A DNA stretch of 64,000 nt from an uncultured Chloroflexia bacterium (GTDB lineage Bacteria > Chloroflexota > Dehalococcoidia > GIF9 > AB-539-J10). The position numbers and the translations under genes were made by a program. Positions 29,701 to 38,864 of this stretch are shown here, one piece after another. The notes under the pieces were generated by a model, which saw nothing but the letters and a program-made list of their open reading frames with translations, had not been told where the DNA came from and ran no database searches. Each line of letters starts with the position of its first letter. Position 1 is the stretch's first letter. The stretch lies in assembly GCA_963726175.1 (NCBI GenBank), contig CAVSBM010000008.1, positions 26,153 through 90,152 of the forward strand. Direction: 5' to 3'.

Positions 29701-31173
29701 CTAGAAGCAAAGCTTTCCCGGGTTAAGTACATTATTGGGGTCAAATATCCCTTTGATGGTCCTTGTCATTTCCGTGTTACGGGCATCCCGGTTATACACC
29801 ATATCCGCCCATATGCCGTAGGGACGGGAGAAATAAGCCCCCTGCTTTATCAAGGCTTCGCTGCCCGTCTCCAGTAATTCCCTGACACGGTCAGTCTCTA
29901 TCTTGTTCCCAGGGTTGTAAGGTAGATTGAATTCACAGTGACAGGCAGTACCCTGGTGCTGCGGCTGGAGGTAAATACCAATATCTGAGACCGGATAGCG
30001 CAGCGCATTTGCCGCAGCAAAAACCGTATTGACAAATTCGGGAACCTTGTCGAGCGTGGTCATGAAGAGAATATCCTGACACGCACCTTTGTAAGTTAGC
30101 TTCCAGTAGGGTACCGGGGACGGATTGAGTATGGTTGACATTATCTGTGCGCCCCCGATGCCGGAAACCGCTGGAAGTAATTTTAGGCCCAACTGCTGCA
30201 CTATGTCCCCGGCATCTTTTTCCTGAAAGTCCACCTTTTCCTCCGGAAGAAGGTCACGCCCAGCGATTCCCATGATGATAACCCATGGCGGCAGTTTGTC
30301 TTTTAGGGCTTGTATTCCGTCAGCATCCCTACTCAGGATAGCAGCCAGGTTAGCACTGTTTAATACAAGGAATTCATCCCCCAGCCTGACTCTCAGCAGT
30401 CGGTAAGCGCATTCTATCAGGTCTTTTAGGTCATCCGCCGGTATGAAGAAAAACCTGTGCACCTTAGGCAAAAGCTCACATTTTACTGATGCCCAGGTCA
30501 CGATACCCATACTCCCCTGAGCACCGGAAACGAGCCGGTAATAGTCCACCTGACCGGGACCTCCGGAGAAGACCTGGGCCAGACCCATTTTCCATTGCTG
30601 CTCAAGCGTGGGGTAATAGCCACCCGCTTCACCGGTTCGCAGTATCTCCCCATTGCCCCAGACTACCTCCAGGCATCTCAATGGTTCAGGCAACGTGTAG
30701 TTGTACTTGGGCTCCAGTCTTGGCTCCCTCTCCAACAGGCTGGCGACTACTGACTTTGACTGGCGGGGGAGCAGTGGCGTGGAGAGTCTTAAGTCCTGTT
30801 CAGCTAAGGCCGGTTGCAGCTGTGGATAGGTTACTCCCGGCTCAATTATAACCATCCTGTTTCTACGGTCAATCCTGATAATCTTATCCATCCGGCGCAG
30901 GTCAACGATGACCGCTTCCGGCACGCTGGGCACAGTATCGCCACGGAAGTGGGGCTCGCCTGAACTCACCGGCACCAGGGGTGTTCTTGTTTGGTTGGCC
31001 CACATCACAATCTTTTGCACATCGTCTGCGTTACGCGACTGTACAACTAACCGTGGCCGCATCGGCGGGGTAAAGCTATTGTCATGAGAGTACCTGTCAA
31101 GGATCTCGGGTTTATTGATTACCTTTTGCTTGCCTATTATCTCCGTCAGATTATTACTTGTTTTGACCTTCAA
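29701..31173 (-). CDS. FAD-binding oxidoreductase (GlcD/FAD-linked oxidase family)
   Basis: 490 aa with ..VVQSRNADDVQKIVMWANQTRTPLVPVSSG.. and ..VDLRRMDKIIRIDRRNRMVIIEPGVTY... Confidence 0.75.
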   Translation of the reverse strand: MKVKTSNNLTEIIGKQKVINKPEILDRYSHDNSFTPPMRPRLVVQSRNADDVQKIVMWANQTRTPLVPVSSGEPHFRGDTVPSVPEAVIVDLRRMDKIIRIDRRNRMVIIEPGVTYPQLQPALAEQDLRLSTPLLPRQSKSVVASLLEREPRLEPKYNYTLPEPLRCLEVVWGNGEILRTGEAGGYYPTLEQQWKMGLAQVFSGGPGQVDYYRLVSGAQGSMGIVTWASVKCELLPKVHRFFFIPADDLKDLIECAYRLLRVRLGDEFLVLNSANLAAILSRDADGIQALKDKLPPWVIIMGIAGRDLLPEEKVDFQEKDAGDIVQQLGLKLLPAVSGIGGAQIMSTILNPSPVPYWKLTYKGACQDILFMTTLDKVPEFVNTVFAAANALRYPVSDIGIYLQPQHQGTACHCEFNLPYNPGNKIETDRVRELLETGSEALIKQGAYFSRPYGIWADMVYNRDARNTEMTRTIKGIFDPNNVLNPGKLCF

Positions 31174-31568
31174 TTTTCAATCTCCCCCAGCGTCATTATC
31201 AAACTGAGTGTGTCTCACTCTTGATATTGTTTCCTTCTACGAAGCAGACGGTCAATCCCCAAAATTTGAAAAGATTCCAAGCTGAGTCCGGCAAGCCCTT
31301 CAGGTTTACCGATTAACGGCCTTAGTAGTTACAGAAGGCGAAGAACTCAATTGCAAGTAATAATAAAAACTTCTTTGGTGTATGTCAACACCAGTATTAA
31401 TAAGAAATAGAGCCAATAATGAGAGTTGCGGAAATTGATGGCGCAAAGGGACCAGTGGTGGTCTATGCCACTTGACGGGACGCTATCCATCAGGGTAACT
31501 TATGACCTACTAATTGATGGTAAGAATCTACCAAGCAAGGTCTAAGAGAATAAATTAGGAGGGCAAAA

Positions 31569-33062
31569 ATGGCTATTCTGGAAGAACCAGTAAAAGGGAT
31601 AGTAGAGGTCAAGAATTACATTGACGGAGAGTGGGTTGAATCCAAGGGTGAGATTCAAGATGTGGTGAATCCAGTCAATGGCAAAGTCATTGGCAGAGTC
31701 CCGATTTCAACCAAGGAAGAGATTGACGCCGCAGTCGAGGCGGCCAAAGCAGCTTTCCCTGACTGGCGGAGAACTCCGCCGGTTGCCCGTGCCAGATGCC
31801 TCTTCCGCTTAAAGGAGTTGCTTGAGGCAAATTTTGAAGAGTTGAGCAGGGTACAAACTCAAGAGCATGGGAAGACAATTGATGAATCCAGGGGTGAGAC
31901 CAGGCGCGGCATTGAAAATGTAGAAGTTGCCTGTGGTATTCCCACCCTGATGCAGGGTTATAATTCTGAAGATATCGCGTCCGGTATTGACGAATATCTT
32001 GTTCCTACGCCACTGGGCGTCTTCGGTATCATCGGACCTTTTAATTTCCCCTTCATGATTCCGCTCTGGTCAGCACCTTACGCCGTCGCAACTGGCAACT
32101 GCGTCGTAATCAAGCCCTCAAGCGAGGTTCCCTTAAGCCAGATGAAAATTGCGGAACTTGTGGACGAAGCAGGTTTTCCTCCTGGCGTCTGGAATGTAGT
32201 GAATGGTGGAAGAACAGTGGTCAACAGAATGCTGGACCACCCAGATATTGAGGGCATTACTTTTGTCGGCTCAACTCCTACCGCCAAGAACGTCATCTAC
32301 CCGAGATGCGGTGCCACCGGCAAGCGGGTCATTGCCCAGGGCGGAGCCTCAAACTTCATGGTAATCATGCCGGATTGCAGCATGAGAGCAACCATACCGG
32401 CACTGATGACATCTTTCTTCGGCAATGCGGGGCAACGCTGCCTGGCTGGTCAGAATGCCATTGTTGTCGGCGATGATGACCATTTTTACAAGGAATTTGT
32501 TAAGGGTGTTGTAGACACAGCCAGGAAGATAATAATTGGCAATGGTCTTGATGAGGAAGTTCAGATGGGTCCTGTCCGTGATGCCGAGAAAAAGAACAAA
32601 ATACTTTCCTATATCAGTAGTGGTATTAAGGAAGGTGCCAGGATAACACTTGATGGCAGGAGTGATTTCAAAATCAAGGGAGATTATCCCGATACCTGTT
32701 TCCTGGGCGCGACCATCATGGAAAACGTTAAGCCTGAAATGAAGATAGTTACCGAGGAGATATTCGGTCCCACCATGGGTATCATCCGCGTCAAAACCCT
32801 TGATGAAGCCATTAACATATGTAATGACAATCCCTTCCATAATGCGGATGCTATTTTTACCTCGAATGGAAGAACTGCTCGAGAATTCAAGTATACAGTC
32901 AAGAGCGGGAACGTTGGTATCAACGTCGGCATAGTGGCGCCCATGGCATTTTTCCCCTTCAGCGGGATGCGCGACTCCTTCTTCGGAATCTTACACACTC
33001 AAGGTAAGGAAGCGATCCGCTTCTTCACAGAAAGCAAGGTGGTAATTGAAAGGTGGCCCTAG
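31569..33062 (+). CDS. aldehyde dehydrogenase, methylmalonate-semialdehyde dehydrogenase (CoA-acylating)-like
   Basis: 497 aa. ALDH fold, catalytic-Cys context GNAGQRCLAG, and the ..FPFSG..DSFFG.. C-terminus typical of the MmsA/IolA group. Confidence 0.75.
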   Translation: MAILEEPVKGIVEVKNYIDGEWVESKGEIQDVVNPVNGKVIGRVPISTKEEIDAAVEAAKAAFPDWRRTPPVARARCLFRLKELLEANFEELSRVQTQEHGKTIDESRGETRRGIENVEVACGIPTLMQGYNSEDIASGIDEYLVPTPLGVFGIIGPFNFPFMIPLWSAPYAVATGNCVVIKPSSEVPLSQMKIAELVDEAGFPPGVWNVVNGGRTVVNRMLDHPDIEGITFVGSTPTAKNVIYPRCGATGKRVIAQGGASNFMVIMPDCSMRATIPALMTSFFGNAGQRCLAGQNAIVVGDDDHFYKEFVKGVVDTARKIIIGNGLDEEVQMGPVRDAEKKNKILSYISSGIKEGARITLDGRSDFKIKGDYPDTCFLGATIMENVKPEMKIVTEEIFGPTMGIIRVKTLDEAINICNDNPFHNADAIFTSNGRTAREFKYTVKSGNVGINVGIVAPMAFFPFSGMRDSFFGILHTQGKEAIRFFTESKVVIERWP

Positions 33063-33080
33063 TAACAGAGGAGATACAAA

Positions 33081-33521
33081 ATGCAGTTAAATACAAGCGC
33101 CTCGGTCATCAGTTTTGCTAAGCAGCTGGAAGCGGATTCTGCTGCCTTTTATGAAAAGATGGCAGAAAAATATCCCAAGGCGAAAGAGATTTTGCTCACA
33201 TTTTCCAAAGAGAATAGTAACTATGCAACGATGATTCAAAGGGCATACTACGGCGTTATCACTGATGCCATTGAGGGGTGTTTTGCCTTTAGTGTAGAAA
33301 CCGACAAATATACGTTTGAGAAAGAACCCGCGAAAGAACTAGGGTACACTGGCGCCTTAAATCAGGCCATTGATATGGAGCAGAAGCTCATCTCGTTTTA
33401 CACTGATGCTGCCGAACAATCAAAAGCGTTTATGGCAGATGTGCCCAGGACTTTTTTGATAGTAGTCAAGAAAAGAAAGAACCGTGAAGATAAACTAAGA
33501 GGGCTTCTTAAGGAGACATAA
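33081..33521 (+). CDS. hypothetical helical protein (ferritin/rubrerythrin-like fold suspected)
   Basis: 146-aa ORF lying 18 nt after the ALDH gene. The family assignment is weak. Confidence 0.35.
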   Translation: MQLNTSASVISFAKQLEADSAAFYEKMAEKYPKAKEILLTFSKENSNYATMIQRAYYGVITDAIEGCFAFSVETDKYTFEKEPAKELGYTGALNQAIDMEQKLISFYTDAAEQSKAFMADVPRTFLIVVKKRKNREDKLRGLLKET

Positions 33522-33527
33522 CTAAAC

Positions 33528-33719
33528 ATGGCAAGCGTGGTTGAAAGGCGTCGCATAACCTGCCCGATTTATCATGTTAATGCTTATGTTGTGAAGTATG
33601 ACGACGGATCTCACGTTATTAAGTGCACTAACAAAGAGAAATGTGGTGATACATGCCCATATCTGAAAGACCCGGACTACAAATCCCCTTATCGTAGAGC
33701 ACCTGAGTACATGCCTTAA
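33528..33719 (+). CDS. hypothetical small Cys-containing protein
   Basis: 63-aa ORF (..ITCPIYH...KCTNKEKCGDTCPY..) packed tightly after the previous gene. Confidence 0.35.
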   Translation: MASVVERRRITCPIYHVNAYVVKYDDGSHVIKCTNKEKCGDTCPYLKDPDYKSPYRRAPEYMP

Positions 33720-34037
33720 TAATCACAGCATCTCTATCTCATTCATTCGACATTTGAGCCTCGTCATCTCCCATTAATCCGAGAGCAGGATCGAAAGCTT
33801 TCCTTTACACCAGGGATTGCTTTGTCACTCCCGTTCCTCACAATGACAAAAAAGACGTGTCACTAAGGAAGCCGGTCTGGATTCCTTCGATGGAAATAGT
33901 ATGGCACGTAGGACATAGCATTAGAAACGCAGTAGTCCAAGGAAAAGAGTAAAGCCGGGCGTGTAACATTGACAATCACCTGCTAAGCTGCTTATGATTC
34001 TTTTGCTAAACAACGAACGAAGAAAAGGAGGAGACAA

Positions 34038-34823
34038 GTGGACAAAAAAGAAGCCCCACTGGTTGACTGGGCAAAGCTTACCCAGGAGATGGAGTGTTTG
34101 CTTCGTCTCAAAACAAGCCCCGTTGCCTACAAGAGACTGGAGAAAGTAAAAGAGCTGGAGAAAATACCGGGCGTGATGCGGCTCAATCGGAAAGCTTCTT
34201 TTTGCCAGGCACCAGCGTTGGCTCGAATGGGAGGCATGACTGTAGCATTGACAAGAGACAACCTCGGTGAGCGCTGTGCTCGAATCAATGGTCTGGCGCC
34301 GACCACCGAAAAGGAGGTCGCTTGGGAGGCAAATTCCTTTGCCAAGACCTGGTTTGCCAACGTGAAAGAAGCCAGAAAACAGATGGCGGCATATCCTCTG
34401 GTTCCACCCGGAGAGGCCATTGTGGTCGCTCCACTAGGTTCGGTGAAGTTTGCCCCCGATGTTATCTTAATCTACGGTAATCCTGCCCAGATGATGTTGC
34501 TGATGAACGGGCTCCAGTTTAAAGACTACGAGCGCTTTCAGTTTTTCTTCATCGGCGAGGGGTCCTGTGCCGATGGGTTAGCTCAGTGTTATACTACTGG
34601 CAAGCCTGCCCTGGCTATTCCCTGCATGGGGGAGAGGGCGTTCGGCGCCGTTACCGAGGATGAAATGGTTATGGCGCTGCCACCGGGAATGATGGCGAAG
34701 GCGGTGAAAGGATTGCAGGCCCTTCGAAAAAGAGGAGCTGGATATCCCATCATGTATCTTGGACCTCTATGCGACCCCTCTGTAATTCTCACACAAATCT
34801 ACCCCGATTGGTACAGTCATTAA
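34038..34823 (+). CDS. DUF169 (COG2043) family protein
   Basis: 261 aa with a GTG start after AAGGAGGAG. The ..SPVAYKRLEK......FCQAPALARMGG.. pattern matches DUF169. Confidence 0.6.
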   Translation: MDKKEAPLVDWAKLTQEMECLLRLKTSPVAYKRLEKVKELEKIPGVMRLNRKASFCQAPALARMGGMTVALTRDNLGERCARINGLAPTTEKEVAWEANSFAKTWFANVKEARKQMAAYPLVPPGEAIVVAPLGSVKFAPDVILIYGNPAQMMLLMNGLQFKDYERFQFFFIGEGSCADGLAQCYTTGKPALAIPCMGERAFGAVTEDEMVMALPPGMMAKAVKGLQALRKRGAGYPIMYLGPLCDPSVILTQIYPDWYSH

Positions 34824-34992
34824 CCTCGATTAAGGAAACAAATTAACCAAGAGACGGCGGAAGGGATGCTCTAAGTCGTGTGTGTGCCATTGAGGTGTGT
34901 GCATATATCTGTTTTGCAGTCTGCTGGGCGACCGCGACTTATCATATAAGCATTATGCAGGCATCAAATTGGTGCTCAAGGGGGTACAATAC

Positions 34993-35775
34993 ATGCGATT
35001 AGAAGATAAGGTAGCTATCGTTACCGGCGGCGGGAGAGGCATCGGCAAGGCTATCTCGACAGCCTTTGCTTCTGAGGGGGCAATAGTAGTAATAGCCGCT
35101 CGGACCCTCTCTAGGTTAGATGAGGCCGTTGAAAAGATCAAATCAGGGAGAGGTAGGGTAAAAGCCATACAAACTGACGTTTCTGATGAAAAGCAAGTGC
35201 AGCGGCTGGTAGCCGAAACTCTCAGTGTCTACGGGAAGGTCGATATTCTGGTTAATAATAGCGGCATTGGCGGACCTACTGTCAATGTCGTTGACCTGAG
35301 ACTACAGGATTGGAACGAGGTGCTGGCTATTAATCTAACCGGGAGCATGCTGTGTGCCAGGGAGGTGCTTAAACACATGATTCCGCACAGAAAGGGCAAT
35401 ATAATAAACATCGGTAGCGATGCTGGAAGGTTCGGGTATCCTATGAGAAGTCCTTACTGTGTCTCTAAGTGGGGAATTATTGGATTGACCGAGACACTGG
35501 CTATCGAGGCGGGACAATACAATATTCGTGTCAACTGCATCAGCCCTGCTGCGGTTAGGGGAGAACGTCTTACTAATGTGGTAATGGGCAGGTCCAAGGC
35601 TACGGGTGTTCCTTTTGAGGAGTTAATGAGCAAGATTACTGTAAACTATTCTCTCCAGAGGCCGACTGAAGAAGCTGAGGTAGCTGCTGCTGCAGTGTTC
35701 TTGGCTTCAGACGAGTCTAGCGGGATAACCGGGCACACGCTTGTCGTCAATTGTGGTCACCATATAGTGCAGTAG
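34993..35775 (+). CDS. short-chain dehydrogenase/reductase (FabG-like)
   Basis: Track ORF is 34897-35775. ATG 34993 gives MRLEDKVAIVTGGGRGIGKA (TGxxxGxG). The catalytic YxxxK is present as YCVSK. Confidence 0.85.
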   Translation: MRLEDKVAIVTGGGRGIGKAISTAFASEGAIVVIAARTLSRLDEAVEKIKSGRGRVKAIQTDVSDEKQVQRLVAETLSVYGKVDILVNNSGIGGPTVNVVDLRLQDWNEVLAINLTGSMLCAREVLKHMIPHRKGNIINIGSDAGRFGYPMRSPYCVSKWGIIGLTETLAIEAGQYNIRVNCISPAAVRGERLTNVVMGRSKATGVPFEELMSKITVNYSLQRPTEEAEVAAAAVFLASDESSGITGHTLVVNCGHHIVQ

Positions 35776-35816
35776 ACAACACGCAGGCATATTATGAAAC
35801 CAGAAAGGAGGTTGAT

Positions 35817-36566
35817 ATGAGTTCAATGCAACAGGACTTATCCATATTTAACAAATTTAAATTTGAAAGGAAACCAGTAGGTGTTAAGTTCTTACCTACT
35901 AAACCGGATGGAATTAAAAGGTTAGATAAGATTCTAGATTTTTGTGAGATGCTTGTAGAAGCGCAAAATGGCAGCACTTTTTATGCAGCAAAAGAGAACT
36001 TCACGTGCATAGGGCCGCTGATATTGGGTATGGTGGATAGTGACCCAGTTTTCGAGAGCGGACGAGTAGGACCTAAGTTAGAAGTCTTTAAGGAAGCACG
36101 TGCCAACAGAAGAATCTATCAGTTCATTCCGAGACTGGCTAAGGATACCGTTAACTATGTCGCTTTCTCTCCTTTAGACAAACTGTCATTCGAGCCAGAC
36201 GTATTAATTGTCACCGCCGACCCGAGTCAAGCAGAAATCATACTGAGGGCAAACAGCTATACGACGGGGAATATGTGGTCCGCTAAAGGGACACCGGTTG
36301 CGGCGTGCGCCTGGCTATATATTTATCCATACGTAAGTGGCGAATTGAATTTCATGATGCCCGGTTTTAGTTTCGGCATGCGGTCAAGAAGGCTATTTCC
36401 GGAAGGGCTGCTGCTTATATCCATCCCCTGGGATTTACTTCCCAGCATGGTGAGAAATTTGCAGGACATGAATTGGGTTCCGCATTCATACACTATAGGT
36501 AGAGAGGAACATAAGAAAAAGGTTAAGGGAATCGTGGAAGCCTTGAGGCAGGAAATTGCTGTCTAA
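35817..36566 (+). CDS. DUF169 (COG2043) family protein, second copy
   Basis: Track ORF is 35751-36566. ATG 35817 follows GAAAGGAGG. It contains ..ERKPVGVKFLPTKPDG......FCEMLVEAQNG... Confidence 0.6.
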   Translation: MSSMQQDLSIFNKFKFERKPVGVKFLPTKPDGIKRLDKILDFCEMLVEAQNGSTFYAAKENFTCIGPLILGMVDSDPVFESGRVGPKLEVFKEARANRRIYQFIPRLAKDTVNYVAFSPLDKLSFEPDVLIVTADPSQAEIILRANSYTTGNMWSAKGTPVAACAWLYIYPYVSGELNFMMPGFSFGMRSRRLFPEGLLLISIPWDLLPSMVRNLQDMNWVPHSYTIGREEHKKKVKGIVEALRQEIAV

Positions 36567-36788
36567 CTACCAGATGGGGCGGCTTTGATTTCTGATATAG
36601 CAAAGCGGTTTGGAATGATACCTTTGGATGATGGGCTTTCCAGCATGGGTGACGGCGTACTCCACAGCAGGAGGGCCAAAAAAGGATTGGGAAAGAGGGT
36701 AATGATGGATTAGAGCATCTATTGACTGAAGAAATATAATATCGAAGCACAGAACTTGACAAGAAGTGTGCGTTCAAAGGAGGGATAA

Positions 36789-38107
36789 ATGTTAAATCAG
36801 GCCAGTCAGTGGTACAAATTACAATACCCGGAGTGTTTTGTTAATGAAGAGCAACGGATGCTGCAGAAGATGTTTGCTGATTTTACCGACAAGGAGATTA
36901 TGCCGGTTCGCGCACAAGATTGATGATGATGTAACACATGAAAAAATAATTACTCCCATCCTGAAGAAATTACAGGTAGACCTTGGTTGCCAGAAAAGCA
37001 TGATACCGGAGGAGTATGGTGGCACTGGGGAGAAGGGTACCGTAGTTGGTGCTGCCCTAAGGCAGGAGCAGCTAGGGCGCGGCGACTATGGCATAAGTAT
37101 GCACAGTGCCTGCACCGACTGGGGATGGCAACCGGCTTTTACAGCCTATATCGGCCCCTTCTCTCCAAAGGCAAAGGCATGGGCTAAAAGCGGTCCTTGA
37201 CAAATTTTCCCCCAAGTTCGTGGGCAAAGAGTTAGCCGTTGCCTGCATGAACTTTAGCGAAGTCGAGTCTGCCGTTGATATTGAGAATACGCTGAATGAG
37301 GGCAGAACGATAGGGGTGAGAGCTAAACTTGAAGGTAATGAATGGGTAATAAACGGAAACAAGTTCTGGGCATCTAATAGTGGCATAGCTGACCTCAATT
37401 GCGTGGCTTGTAACATGGACCCGCGTATGGGAACAGATGGCTTTGCCTTGATTTATGTTCCCGAACCTTGGCCTGGCGTTTCCCATGGCAAATTTGAGGT
37501 CAAATGTGGCATGCAAGCTGACCGTAACACCTCCACCTATTTTGATAATGTCAGGGTGCCCAAGGAGTGGGGACTGCAGGGGCCTGAAGCCTGGGCTATC
37601 TTTCAAGAAATCTTGGCTGCTCCTATGGCTATGAACTCGGGACATGCCACAGGTATTCTACAAGGGGCCTTCGATGTCCTTCTTGACTATACAGGAAAGC
37701 GGGTGGTAGGCGGTAAACCAATCAACCAGCATCTTTCATCGGCTGTCATCCTGGGCGAGATGGCATCAGCAATAACTGTCGCCAGAGCTGCTTTTTTGGA
37801 ACTGGCCTATCAGTTTGACCATCGAGAGATTTATGGTCCCTGGGATTCGGTAAGTATGGCAGCTAAAGGACACGCGGTGCATGTATTTATTACCAGGAAA
37901 GCATCAGAACTAATCCTGAGAGGGATGGAGCTCATGGGTTCCTTCGGTTATGTCCGTGAAAACAACTACGAGAAGTATTATCGTGATTCTGCGGAGGCGA
38001 AAATAGTTTTAGGTGGCGTGCAGTATGGTCTATTTACCGTATGCAGGCAATTTTATGACCTGGATTACTCTTCATTTGGCCCGGGAAAGCTTCAAAAGCC
38101 AGCTTAA
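36789..38107 (+). pseudogene. acyl-CoA dehydrogenase family protein, 2 frame breaks
   Basis: Fragments 36789-36923, 36838-37200 and 37106-38107 join into one ACAD (..IPEEYGG.., ..INGNKFWASNSG.., ..YTGKRVVGGKPI.., ..MGSFGYVREN..). The +1 breaks lie near 36905-36920 and 37180-37195. Confidence 0.75.
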
Positions 38108-38246
38108 TTGCACTCCCGCCTCTTTAAGTCAGGCTCATGATGCAGGTCACCACCAGCTGAGCGAGGGATTATTCTCGCAATTCCAGGGACACCATACCAA
38201 TTAGGCCTACTACAAATTAGGTATTACGTCCCCAGAATACCATCGA

Positions 38247-38285
38247 AACGAGATTGCACATTAGTCACAAATGTGCAATCTCGTT
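38247..38285. repeat. perfect 16-bp inverted repeat with a 7-nt spacer
   Basis: AACGAGATTGCACATT-AGTCACA-AATGTGCAATCTCGTT. It lies in a 750-nt non-coding stretch and has no flanking T-run. Confidence 0.9.
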
Positions 38286-38864
38286 ACATCCAACAAAAGG
38301 GTAGACGGGTGACTGTGCATAATCTTGCTGAATTTCTGCCTTCGTGGAGATGTGGGGCTGGGGATATCTATGATAAGCTTTGGTGCTGGTTGTGCACTTC
38401 TACTACTGAACGGGGACCCCTGCCTTGACGAGTGGGTGGCGAGGTGATATACTGACGATTGAGAACAAAAAACCAAGCTCTTACAAAATAGCCAATAATA
38501 CCGGAAATTGGACGGGAAGAATCAGAATTGGCTAGCTCAATTTACTCGGCGGAGCCTGATAAATCAGGCAATTACAGAACTGTACAGGCGAAGGGCTTCC
38601 AAAACGCCCCAAGCAAAATCGAACGGAAAATCAGAAACTGCACTACATCTACCCCTGAAAAATTAACAGGATCTTAACATTGGTAGCGTATTATTATAGG
38701 CGTGTGAGAGTGTGATGAAGGTGGTGATGAAGCACAATACTGGGAATGAAAATTCGTTCGGGATAGCAGAACAAAAATACAGATAGAAGGAGGTGATGGC
38801 GAGCAGATTATAGGACGGAAAGGCGTAACAAGTTTTTGAAAAATTTTAGAAAGGAGGAGAAATA

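Noticed and set aside
36700-36790. TTGACT...TATAAT upstream of the ACAD gene as a promoter.
   Set aside because: The spacer between the two hexamers is only 7 nt, which is incompatible with a sigma-70-type promoter.
38261-38476. A 71-aa minus-strand ORF in the long non-coding stretch.
   Set aside because: It is a low-complexity S/P-rich translation that begins inside the perfect palindrome, with no RBS and no family resemblance.
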